A DNA stretch of 20,000 nt from an uncultured virus (IMG/VR IMGVR_UViG_3300042558_001076) (IMGVR_UViG_3300042558_001076); one strand, 5' to 3'. Numbered from the stretch's first letter, positions 1 through 7,576 are shown. Translations and numbers: made by a program. The notes: generated by a model not told the origin, from the sequence alone.

Positions 1-95
1 GCCATGCTATTATTAACAGGTTTAATAGCTTCTTTGCTTTTGTTAGTAGCTTTAATGTTTTTAGCTTTTTGCGGTGTGTTTAATTGTGTTGACAT
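1..95 (-). CDS. 5' end of a divergently transcribed hypothetical protein (MSTQLNTPQKAKNIKATNKSKEAIKPVNNSM...), truncated by the window edge
   Basis: ATG at 95-93 on the minus strand, open to position 1, preceded by an A/C-rich leader (caaaacaaaaacaaaaaaaatt) like other leaders in this window. Confidence 0.6.
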   Translation of the reverse strand, partial: MSTQLNTPQKAKNIKATNKSKEAIKPVNNSM

Positions 96-608
96 AATTT
101 TTTTGTTTTTGTTTTGTTAGTTAAAAAAATGAATTGATACTATACAAAAAATAATAGTTAAAATAGCGTCAATACTACATTATAGCGTTATTTTGTACCT
201 ATAAAATAACAATTTACCCGACTATAAAAGTAACTATAATAAAGAAAAGTATTAATAATCAATGAGTTATGAGGTATTACCTAAACTAATAAGTTACACA
301 AAGCATATAAAAGGGTAATTTATAGGTATTTAGATAGTCCCATATGCTTTTTACCTTTAGTTAATCAATATAAGGTACTCAAAATCAATTTATATAAGTA
401 AAAAAAAATTACAAAGTACAAAGGTACCCATTAAAAAAAAGCCAATTTCCCAAAAAGGACCATCATGACAAAGTATGTATATCATCCCCACCTTTATGTA
501 GCTAACTTCCATTAGTACACTTAGTGCCTCCTTCTTTTATTATAAGAAGTAAGGTGGTTCAAACCCTTATGGGGCGTAGTAGGTTTTCCGTATATGTGAA
601 TAATTATT

Positions 609-640
609 TTTGTATAGCGGAAAAAGTAGTTGTACATTTG
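609..640 (+). promoter_or_regulatory. Bacteroidota housekeeping-sigma promoter (-33 TTTG / -7 TAnnTTTG)
   Basis: TTTG at 609-612, 20-nt spacer, TACATTTG at 633-640; ATG at 645 immediately downstream. Confidence 0.75.
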
Positions 641-644
641 TGCT

Positions 645-1067
645 ATGGACAATGAGTTAAAAGGCATACGCAGGGTTGCCAAAAAGATACCTGTTAAGCG
701 TTTGGTAGATGTAGACAATGGTGAGGTTATGGATGTCATGGAAGATGATAGGTTTCTAACTATTGATAGTTTACCTTTTGTCAAGGTGTATACTGATGAG
801 TTCGCCAAGGCTATCTATGGGTTGCCTTATATTGGCTACCAGCTATTGTCATATGTAGTGTTTAAGTTAGAGAAGGGCAATAACCTAGTTTATATCGATT
901 ATACGGACGTTAAATCAATAATAGGTAACATTGGTAAGACAGGGTATTATAATGGCGTAAAGGAGCTAATAAAGCGTAATGTGATTGCCAAGACAGAAAG
1001 GAAGTATGTGTATAGGGTTAATCCTAATCTAATGTTTAATGGGGTTAGAATATCTAAGTTCAAATAA
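645..1067 (+). CDS. RepL-like (plasmid replication/maintenance type) winged-helix DNA-binding protein, 140 aa
   Basis: Start moved to ATG 645, just after the promoter. Motifs LVDVDNGEV, FVKVY, an HTH-like segment (IGKTGYYNGVKELIKRNVI) and C-terminal YRVNPNLMFNG resemble the RepL family. Confidence 0.65.
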   Translation: MDNELKGIRRVAKKIPVKRLVDVDNGEVMDVMEDDRFLTIDSLPFVKVYTDEFAKAIYGLPYIGYQLLSYVVFKLEKGNNLVYIDYTDVKSIIGNIGKTGYYNGVKELIKRNVIAKTERKYVYRVNPNLMFNGVRISKFK

Positions 1068-1076
1068 CGTATTATA
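1066..1076 (+). promoter_or_regulatory. Conserved motif AACGTATTATA (putative late promoter), copy 1; overlaps a TATATTTG -7-like element at 1073-1080
   Basis: Exact repeat, 28 nt upstream of ATG 1094. Confidence 0.65.
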
Positions 1077-1093
1077 TTTGTAAATTAATTAAA

Positions 1094-1387
1094 ATGAGTT
1101 TTACTAAAGATACTAATTACCAAGCAGGGCAAGCAAAGCTTTTTGTGAATACTACACCTACTGCTGGTCAAGTAGCATATAATGTTGATTTATCAGCTAA
1201 TGGTCAGCCAGGATATTGTGGTGGATTGTACATTGGTGGTGCTGGTAACTTGATTGTTGTTATGGCACAAGATACTACTGACACCTTAGTTACTTTCAAT
1301 AGTGTAGTAGCTGGTACTTTCTTACCTATTCAAGTGAAGAAAGTTAGTTCTACTTCTACTGCTACAAACATTATGGGTTTATGGTAA
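1094..1387 (+). CDS. Head spike base protein (RcGTA Rcc01079-like)
   Basis: GLYIGGAGNLIVVM...VTFNSVVAGTFLPIQVKKV...TATNIMGLW matches my recollection of the spike-base family pattern; lies upstream of a fibre gene. Confidence 0.7.
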   Translation: MSFTKDTNYQAGQAKLFVNTTPTAGQVAYNVDLSANGQPGYCGGLYIGGAGNLIVVMAQDTTDTLVTFNSVVAGTFLPIQVKKVSSTSTATNIMGLW

Positions 1388-1503
1388 ACGTAATATGGAA
1401 TATAATAACAGATACAGCAGATGTTGCTTCTACTATTATATCTAACATATGGAATTTAGTTACACTTAATTGGGAGAATGACTCAAACAATTGGGAAGCT
1501 TAA
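1381..1503 (+). CDS. Unannotated 40-aa Trp-repeat peptide MVNVIWNIITDTADVASTIISNIWNLVTLNWENDSNNWEA
   Basis: ATG 1381 overlaps the last codons of the upstream gene; TAA at 1501-1503; fills the gap to the next gene; W-x6-W-x6-W periodicity. Confidence 0.7.
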   Translation: MVNVIWNIITDTADVASTIISNIWNLVTLNWENDSNNWEA

Positions 1504-1522
1504 CAATATAAAAAATTAACTA

Positions 1523-2854
1523 ATGGCAACATTAACAGGAACCCAGATAAAAAATACTTATCAATCTTTATTAAAGATAAACACTAATGGTAGCTTAGAC
1601 CCTTCAACGGCTATAACTATATCCGATGGATTAGGTAATGCTACTCCATTACAGCTAGCTGGTAACAGATTAAAAACTATAAACTCTGGAACAGAGAGAG
1701 GTATGGATTTAAACTTTGATACCTCTAATTATAGATTTGGAGATTACAATGGTTATGCAACATATACTTATATAGATATAACTGCTGTTGGAACAGGGCC
1801 AGCAATAACATTAATGGCTTATGGAACTTCTATAGTTTTAGATGGTGTACAAGGTAATGTACTTACAAGTTTTTTGGGTAGTTATAATTTAAATGCTGGA
1901 TTTCATAAAAATGTAATTACTAATTGCGACTGGTCAATATTTGCAAATCCTGTAAATTATATTTTTACAGACAATACTATTATTAATACAAATGGTAATT
2001 TAAATATAAGTAGTGCTACTTTAATTAATAACTGTTTTTTAAATAATGAAATTTTTACTATTGTTTCTTCTCCAGATTATGCTTTAGGAGAAAGAATAAG
2101 TAATTCTTTATTATTTGGTTTAAATAACGATATAGGTCCAAATAATTTAAATATATATAGTGTAAATACACCAACCAATGTAGTGGTTATTAATGGTAGT
2201 GACCTTGAGTATAATCAAAAAACTAGTAATGTATTTTCAGTAAATGCTTCAAGCGTTGTTACTGATGCAAATGCTTCTGGTGTTGTTATATTAGGTGGCG
2301 ACTATTTTGATAGTTTAAGCAATGTATATGTAACAGCTAATCACGAATTTAGCGGAACTAATCTATATGGAGTTACAATTCAAGGTAATAAAGCATTAGT
2401 AACAAATAAATTTTCAAGAGTAGTTGCTAATTCATTTGAAAACAATTCAACAGATTTAGGTCAAGTACAAATAGAAGACATTCAATTGTTTTACCATTTT
2501 CTAGATGGTTCTTTAAATTTTCCTTTATTAAATTCTCAAGGAGAAAGTCAAGTTAAATTATTAAGTAACTCATCTTATTTCTTTGAATTAAAAATTGTTT
2601 CCGTATCAAATGCAGTTACTTCATCTAATGGTAACTATGTAGAATATATAGGTGGTTTAATTTGCGTTGACAGTATAGGTAATGTTACAATAGACCAAGC
2701 CGTTATTAAACAATACGGACAGCATACATCTGGCAATTATACTATTTTAAGCAATGCAGCAAACACAATAGAATTTATTGTAGAACCTGATGCTTCAACA
2801 GGGGTTGAGTGCTGGGTAAAAGCAGATTTAAAATTAAATTGCGTAACTTCATAA
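1523..2854 (+). CDS. Putative head or tail fibre / receptor-binding protein, 443 aa
   Basis: N-terminal MATLTGTQIKNTYQSLLK...ISDGLGN segment of the kind found on phage fibres; Asn/Ser/Thr/Gly-rich beta-type body; follows the spike base. Confidence 0.55.
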   Translation: MATLTGTQIKNTYQSLLKINTNGSLDPSTAITISDGLGNATPLQLAGNRLKTINSGTERGMDLNFDTSNYRFGDYNGYATYTYIDITAVGTGPAITLMAYGTSIVLDGVQGNVLTSFLGSYNLNAGFHKNVITNCDWSIFANPVNYIFTDNTIINTNGNLNISSATLINNCFLNNEIFTIVSSPDYALGERISNSLLFGLNNDIGPNNLNIYSVNTPTNVVVINGSDLEYNQKTSNVFSVNASSVVTDANASGVVILGGDYFDSLSNVYVTANHEFSGTNLYGVTIQGNKALVTNKFSRVVANSFENNSTDLGQVQIEDIQLFYHFLDGSLNFPLLNSQGESQVKLLSNSSYFFELKIVSVSNAVTSSNGNYVEYIGGLICVDSIGNVTIDQAVIKQYGQHTSGNYTILSNAANTIEFIVEPDASTGVECWVKADLKLNCVTS

Positions 2855-2886
2855 ACTTTTTTTTTAACCATAAAACACAATACACG

Positions 2887-3033
2887 ATGAAACAAGTAGT
2901 ATTAAACGAAGAACAATTAAAAGCTTTAGATGCTTTCTTACAAGAGTTACCAATGAAGTACGGTGCTCCAATCGTAAACTTCTTAAACGAGGCTATCAAG
3001 TCTCAAGAAGCTGAAGCAATCAAAGCTGAGTAA
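2887..3033 (+). CDS. Small helical protein, 48 aa (possible fibre-associated chaperone)
   Basis: Start re-called at ATG 2887 after an A/C-rich leader; ends just before a terminator. Confidence 0.65.
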   Translation: MKQVVLNEEQLKALDAFLQELPMKYGAPIVNFLNEAIKSQEAEAIKAE

Positions 3034-3037
3034 TTAT

Positions 3038-3063
3038 AAAGGGGGATTAAGTTCCCCCTTTTT
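3038..3063 (+). terminator. Rho-independent terminator, possibly bidirectional
   Basis: aaaggggga-ttaagt-tcccccttt stem-loop ending in a T run. Confidence 0.8.
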
Positions 3064-3077
3064 AAAAATTAAAAACT

Positions 3078-3359
3078 ATGAAAAAACTAATAAACTTTAT
3101 CGCAGGTTTCTTTTTAGACAAACCAGATGCTCCTTCTATGAAGCGTTTAATCGCTTTGTTCTTAGGTATTCTTTTAGGTGTAACCCTATACCATAACAGC
3201 TTTAGTGAGCAACACGTAGCTCCTTCTGAAGCTTTAGTATATTCAGTAACTTTATTGATTGCTGCCCTATTGGGTTTAAAAGTAGTTGAGAAAGCTATTG
3301 ACGGATATTTTGGAAAGAAAAACGGAACTGATGGCGACAACGAAGAAACCAGTAACTAA
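3078..3359 (+). CDS. Two-TM membrane protein, holin-like
   Basis: Two hydrophobic helices (LIALFLGILLGVTLY; ALVYSVTLLIAALLGL) and a charged C-terminal tail. Confidence 0.55.
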   Translation: MKKLINFIAGFFLDKPDAPSMKRLIALFLGILLGVTLYHNSFSEQHVAPSEALVYSVTLLIAALLGLKVVEKAIDGYFGKKNGTDGDNEETSN

Positions 3360-3633
3360 GAAGACAGCAACTAAAAAAGTAGTTGATACTGCTTCAGGTG
3401 CTGTTAAGTTACCTGTTAGTTTCAACCAATTTAGAAAGTACCCTATTGCAGCGGTAGCTTTTCTTTGTGTATTTGGTATTATATATGTATACAAGGATAT
3501 GAAGGCTGGGTCAAGCAAGGGGATAGATAACTGTATTGAAGATAACCGTAATCTTCAAAAGACAGTAGACAAAAAAGATTCAATCATTTATAACATCATA
3601 GCTCAACAAGCCATTATCAATGCAACCAAATAA
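3331..3633 (+). CDS. Single-TM membrane protein with basic N-terminus and coiled-coil C-terminus, 100 aa
   Basis: Start re-called at ATG 3331 (MATTKKPV...); TM segment PIAAVAFLCVFGIIYVY. Confidence 0.65.
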   Translation: MATTKKPVTKKTATKKVVDTASGAVKLPVSFNQFRKYPIAAVAFLCVFGIIYVYKDMKAGSSKGIDNCIEDNRNLQKTVDKKDSIIYNIIAQQAIINATK

Positions 3634-3976
3634 AATAGGATTAGTAATTATTCTAACAATACTTGGGTTAATATTTATAATGTTAACTTCTATTGTAGCC
3701 CAGAAAGCTATTAGGCCTCACCCAGTAAAGGGTTGGCATAATATGAATATGGACTCTATGGTTATGGTAACTGTAAAGAAGAATAGTGCTTTTATTGAAA
3801 AGCGTGTGGGCGAATTGAAACATGCAGAGAAAGCTTGTGATAGCTTTAAAGAAGTAGTAACTGAATTGAAACAAGAAAATAAAAAGCTAAATGAAAAAGT
3901 TAACGGTACTGATGATGATGCTATTGGTGAGCCATTTGAGCTTAAGCCAATCGTATCCAAAGACAAAGATAATTAA
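3620..3976 (+). CDS. N-terminally anchored coiled-coil membrane protein (i-spanin-like topology)
   Basis: TM IGLVIILTILGLIFIMLTSIV followed by a heptad-rich region. Confidence 0.6.
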   Translation: MQPNKIGLVIILTILGLIFIMLTSIVAQKAIRPHPVKGWHNMNMDSMVMVTVKKNSAFIEKRVGELKHAEKACDSFKEVVTELKQENKKLNEKVNGTDDDAIGEPFELKPIVSKDKDN

Positions 3977-4289
3977 TGGGGATACTGTAGTGCTTTTATT
4001 AAAAAGCCAAGCAGATGATATTAACACTAAATTTTACAACTACAATGAAAAAATTAATATTCAAAAAAATCAAATCGATAGTCTTTTCTTATTTATCAAA
4101 ACTTCAGAGTCTGATAAAATAGATAGCTTGAGAGAGCAATTGAGTATAGCTATTACTGCTAATAACCAATTGTTTGGATATAACGAAGGGTTAAAAAAAG
4201 CATTTGAAGATATGAGTAATTCATTGGATAGTGCTTTAATGAGACGAGCAAGATATATAAAACGTAAATACATATTTGATAATTACTAA
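3891..4289 (+). CDS. Secreted coiled-coil protein with a Sec/SPI-type signal peptide
   Basis: MKKLTVLMMMLLVSHLSLS|QSYP signal with Gln at +1; overlaps the upstream gene by 86 nt. Confidence 0.65.
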   Translation: MKKLTVLMMMLLVSHLSLSQSYPKTKIINGDTVVLLLKSQADDINTKFYNYNEKINIQKNQIDSLFLFIKTSESDKIDSLREQLSIAITANNQLFGYNEGLKKAFEDMSNSLDSALMRRARYIKRKYIFDNY

Positions 4290-4291
4290 TT

Positions 4292-4477
4292 ATGGCAACA
4301 GCTAAACCTAAATCAAAAGTAAACCAAGCAGGCAACTACACTAAACCTTCTATGAGAAAGTCTTTGTTTGAAAAAATTAAAGCAGGAAATAAAGGTGGTA
4401 ATCCTGGTCAATGGTCTGCTCGTAAAGCACAAATGCTTGCTAAAGAATATAAAGCTAAAGGAGGAGGGTATAAGTAA
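4292..4477 (+). CDS. Small basic protein with GGxPGQWSARKAQ motif
   Basis: Lys-rich 61 aa; YTKPSMR...GGNPGQWSARKAQMLAKEYKAKGGGY is a motif I recognise from uncharacterised phage, bacterial and fungal proteins. Confidence 0.8.
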   Translation: MATAKPKSKVNQAGNYTKPSMRKSLFEKIKAGNKGGNPGQWSARKAQMLAKEYKAKGGGYK

Positions 4478-4746
4478 TGGCTATAGCAAAATCACAAAAG
4501 TCCTTAAAGGATTGGACAGAACAAAAGTGGATGACATCTGGTACTCATGCCAATAATAAAAAAGGTTCATCTAAAGAAGTAAAGTCGGAAGGAAAGAAAA
4601 GATACTTACCAGAGAAAGCTTGGTCTTCTTTAAGTAAAGGAGAAAAGGCTGCAACTAATAAAGCAAAGGCAGAAGGTACAAAGAAAGGAAAACAGTTTGT
4701 ATCCCAACCTAAATCAATTAAACAAAAAACTAAAAAATTTAGATAA
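4477..4746 (+). CDS. Small basic protein (QKSLKDWTEQKW...RYLPEKAW...GKQFV)
   Basis: TAATG coupling to the previous gene; Lys-rich 89 aa. Confidence 0.8.
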   Translation: MAIAKSQKSLKDWTEQKWMTSGTHANNKKGSSKEVKSEGKKRYLPEKAWSSLSKGEKAATNKAKAEGTKKGKQFVSQPKSIKQKTKKFR

Positions 4747-4747
4747 G

Positions 4748-5017
4748 ATGATTAATAAAGGAAAAGAAAAGTTTGCAGGTTATAACAAACCTAAAAGAAC
4801 TCCAAACCACCCAAAGAAAAGCCACGCTGTATTAGCAAAAGAAGGCACTAAGGTTAAGCTTATCCGCTTTGGACAACAAGGTGTTAGTGGTGCTGGTAAA
4901 GCTCCTAAGACTGCTTCTGAAAAAGCAAGAAGAGCATCTTTTAAAGCTCGTCATGCTAAGAATATTAATAAAGGTAAAATGAGCGCTGCTTATTGGGCTA
5001 ACAAAGTTAAATGGTAA
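4748..5017 (+). CDS. Small basic protein (KLIRFGQQG...RRASFKARH...SAAYWA..KW), 89 aa
   Basis: Start re-called at ATG 4748, 1 nt after the previous stop; common uncharacterised viral motif. Confidence 0.8.
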   Translation: MINKGKEKFAGYNKPKRTPNHPKKSHAVLAKEGTKVKLIRFGQQGVSGAGKAPKTASEKARRASFKARHAKNINKGKMSAAYWANKVKW

Positions 5018-5020
5018 AAT

Positions 5021-5236
5021 ATGACGGCTATCCACGAGTTTCAATCTACTATATGGGTTGATACTCCCCATGGAGAAGGTATCGCAATCTTAATTATAGA
5101 CTATGGAATACATCAAAACACAATATGGGTGGTGGCAAATAAGAACGATGGAAGAGTTCGCCATTACGATTCAAATGATATTCAACTTAGTACAAACCAT
5201 ACATTAAATTTAAATGGCAACAAAGTTAACACCTAA
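5021..5236 (+). CDS. Small hypothetical phage protein (TPHGEG...IIDYG motif)
   Basis: Tightly packed ORF with beta-rich composition. Confidence 0.7.
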   Translation: MTAIHEFQSTIWVDTPHGEGIAILIIDYGIHQNTIWVVANKNDGRVRHYDSNDIQLSTNHTLNLNGNKVNT

Positions 5237-6044
5237 ACAAATAAAGGCACTATTAAAAAATATGCCAAAGCCAAGTCTTGGAACAATAGATATTAGTTCT
5301 ACAGAAGTAGATACCCCTGTATATGAATTGGCTAAAGCCCCAGAATCTAAACCTTTAGGGAAAGGTAAAATATCTATTGAAGATTTAAGAAAGGTTAGAG
5401 CAACTACTCAAAAAGAAATTAACCCTAATAAAGATTTAGTATCAGGTGAATTTAATAGAGATGTAGTTCAGCATGTATTAGATGCAGCTAAAAGATATAA
5501 CTATGACCCATATACTGCATTGGCTGTAGCTTTACAAGAAAGCCAATTAGGTAATAAAGATTTTAATTTGGGCCATATACAAGATGTGCCTACATCAATT
5601 GAATCTAAACTTCCTAAGTTAACTGAAGCAGAAAAGAAAAAAGATTTTGATGAATATCAAAAAAAGTATTCTGCTGATATGTTAGTTAGAGCATTGATGG
5701 AAAAGAAAGGTGTAGCTGAAAGATTAGGTTTAAATGATGAAGCTCAACAAATACAAGCATATAATGGGTTAGGTAGAATATACCCACAATCAGATGCAGG
5801 TTATCATGGATACAATATGGCTAAGATATATGGAGTTGATTTACCAGAAGAAGGGATTGATATGAAAAAAAACCCTTTGTATGGTAAACAGATTATAGAC
5901 TTGAGAGAGAATGTAATTAAGAAGAACCCAGAATTAGCAGATATTGCTAAAACATATATTAATCCTAACGCACCAGTACAACACACCAAAGAGCAATTAA
6001 TGAAAATTTTTAAATCAATGAAAGGTGGCAAAACAAATAAGTAA
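5214..6044 (+). CDS. Lytic transglycosylase (SLT/lysozyme-like fold) protein
   Basis: AAKRYNYDPYTALAVALQES (catalytic-Glu E-S motif) and a downstream AYNG motif. Confidence 0.6.
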   Translation: MATKLTPKQIKALLKNMPKPSLGTIDISSTEVDTPVYELAKAPESKPLGKGKISIEDLRKVRATTQKEINPNKDLVSGEFNRDVVQHVLDAAKRYNYDPYTALAVALQESQLGNKDFNLGHIQDVPTSIESKLPKLTEAEKKKDFDEYQKKYSADMLVRALMEKKGVAERLGLNDEAQQIQAYNGLGRIYPQSDAGYHGYNMAKIYGVDLPEEGIDMKKNPLYGKQIIDLRENVIKKNPELADIAKTYINPNAPVQHTKEQLMKIFKSMKGGKTNK

Positions 6045-6148
6045 TTCAAACAAAGTAAATTTTGGAAGAAGAAAAAAAGGAAGTCCAAAAAAAACGTATA
6101 ATAAACATACACCCCGTCCTAAAACTTATAGGGGTCAAGGTAAATAAT

Positions 6149-6355
6149 ATGGAAAAGAAAAAAGAAATGAAAGTCGGATTCAAAGCCTTAGCTAAAGGCG
6201 CTGCTAAAGAGTACATGAAAAAAGGTAAATCAGCAGAGAAAGCAAAAGAGATTGGTAAAGCAATCGCAGCTAAAGTCGGAATGAAAAAGTACGGCAAAGC
6301 TGGAATGATGAAAAAAGCTATGGCTGGAAGAAAGGCAATGGCTAAGAAAAAGTAA
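6149..6355 (+). CDS. Small Lys/Ala/Met-rich basic protein, 68 aa
   Basis: Start re-called at ATG 6149; highly basic low-complexity helical sequence. Confidence 0.7.
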   Translation: MEKKKEMKVGFKALAKGAAKEYMKKGKSAEKAKEIGKAIAAKVGMKKYGKAGMMKKAMAGRKAMAKKK

Positions 6356-6361
6356 ATTAAA

Positions 6362-6399
6362 ATACGCAGGATACGGATAACTTCCGTATCTTTGCGTAT
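6362..6399 (+). promoter_or_regulatory. Long inverted repeat containing a TATCTTTG -7-like element (6387-6394)
   Basis: atacgca-g-gatacgga / taact / tccgtatc-tt-tgcgtat, located upstream of the GroES-TerS-TerL genes. Confidence 0.55.
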
Positions 6400-6426
6400 A
6401 ACAACAAATCACAAACACACACAACA

Positions 6427-7014
6427 ATGATTAAACACCCAATAGGTAACAAGGTTTTTATAACCTTGCCTAACGCATTACAAGAAAAAATCAAAACAGA
6501 AAGTGGGCTTGAGTTATTTATTGATGGCTCATATAACCATGAGGATTGGTCAACCGTAGAAGGTGTGGTCCATTCTGTTGGAAGAAGATGTAAACTTGAT
6601 TTGCAGAAAGGAGAAACAGTTGTTATTCATTATTTAGTTACATCTCAGTTCTTTACAAATGGTGATGATAGGACATATCTTAATGTAAAGTATTATGATG
6701 GGGAAGTTGTTTGGGAAGCTGATGAAGATATGATATTGGCTAGAAAAGTTGGTGACCATTGGGAAGGAGTAGGTAGATGGGTTGTATTAGAAGATATAGA
6801 AGAAAAAGCAAACCCTAAATCATCTCTTATTATTATACCTGATAGTATTAGTTCAAAGAAAAGAAAAGGTTGTGGTTTATATAATGGTGGAATATTAGAG
6901 CTACCTAAAGAAACTATATGTCATTTTAAAGAAGAATTTAGAGCGTATTATAGATTCCCAGATGGAAAGGAAAGAATGATTTTAAGTTCAGAATTAATCT
7001 ATGGCTATGAGTAG
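6427..7014 (+). CDS. GroES/Cpn10-like co-chaperonin with two tandem domains
   Basis: PIGNKVFI...KTESGLEL...EGVVHSVG...LQKGETVVI fits the GroES pattern; a second degenerate copy follows (VGRWVVLE...KSSLIIIPD...G). Confidence 0.7.
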   Translation: MIKHPIGNKVFITLPNALQEKIKTESGLELFIDGSYNHEDWSTVEGVVHSVGRRCKLDLQKGETVVIHYLVTSQFFTNGDDRTYLNVKYYDGEVVWEADEDMILARKVGDHWEGVGRWVVLEDIEEKANPKSSLIIIPDSISSKKRKGCGLYNGGILELPKETICHFKEEFRAYYRFPDGKERMILSSELIYGYE

Positions 7015-7576
7015 ATATACTAAACAGCAAATAGCTAAAATGGTTATAGACCCTAATACCCAAGATATGATTGCTGCGTATCCTAGGTTAAATGATATAT
7101 TGCCAAAACAAAGCTTTACAAAAGATATAAATAAACAAATACAATACATGGCTTGGGTTTATGACTATAACTCCCCAGCTGTAAAAGAGTTTAGTGATAT
7201 AACTAGAAGAAAAGAATGGGCTAAGCAAACAGTAGGTTTAACAGAAAAACCTAACTTTGAGTTGATGCTTAACTTTACAAGGTATGTTATCAATAGCCGT
7301 GTATGGACGCTTATTTGTTCATTAGAGGCAACATTTGAAGAATATGCTGAAAGGGTTAATAAAAGAATTGAGGACCAGGAAGGTGGCAAGGAAATAGATA
7401 TATTAAAGGCAGTAGAAATTAAAAACAAACTTATTAATCAAATGGACGAAATGATTAATAAGATAGAGGCATTATATAACAAGTTATTCTCTGGGGATAC
7501 CGATGCTATGGACGAGTTTGATGAGTCAAGGAAATTTACTCCAGAATACATAGCTGCTCAAATGAAGAAGAAATGA
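7001..7576 (+). CDS. Probable terminase small subunit
   Basis: Helical 191-aa protein with ATGA overlap to TerL; assignment by position only. Confidence 0.45.
   Translation: MAMSRYTKQQIAKMVIDPNTQDMIAAYPRLNDILPKQSFTKDINKQIQYMAWVYDYNSPAVKEFSDITRRKEWAKQTVGLTEKPNFELMLNFTRYVINSRVWTLICSLEATFEEYAERVNKRIEDQEGGKEIDILKAVEIKNKLINQMDEMINKIEALYNKLFSGDTDAMDEFDESRKFTPEYIAAQMKKK

Noticed and set aside
96..600. tRNA or other structured RNA gene in the intergenic region
   Set aside because: No cloverleaf, T-loop consensus or convincing stems seen
1523..2854. DGR target or invertible tail-fibre cassette
   Set aside because: No template repeat, reverse transcriptase, invertase or flanking inverted repeats visible in this window
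6110..6135. acccc...ggggt possible hairpin before the 68-aa basic gene
   Set aside because: Short stem with a large loop and no U tail; too weak to call
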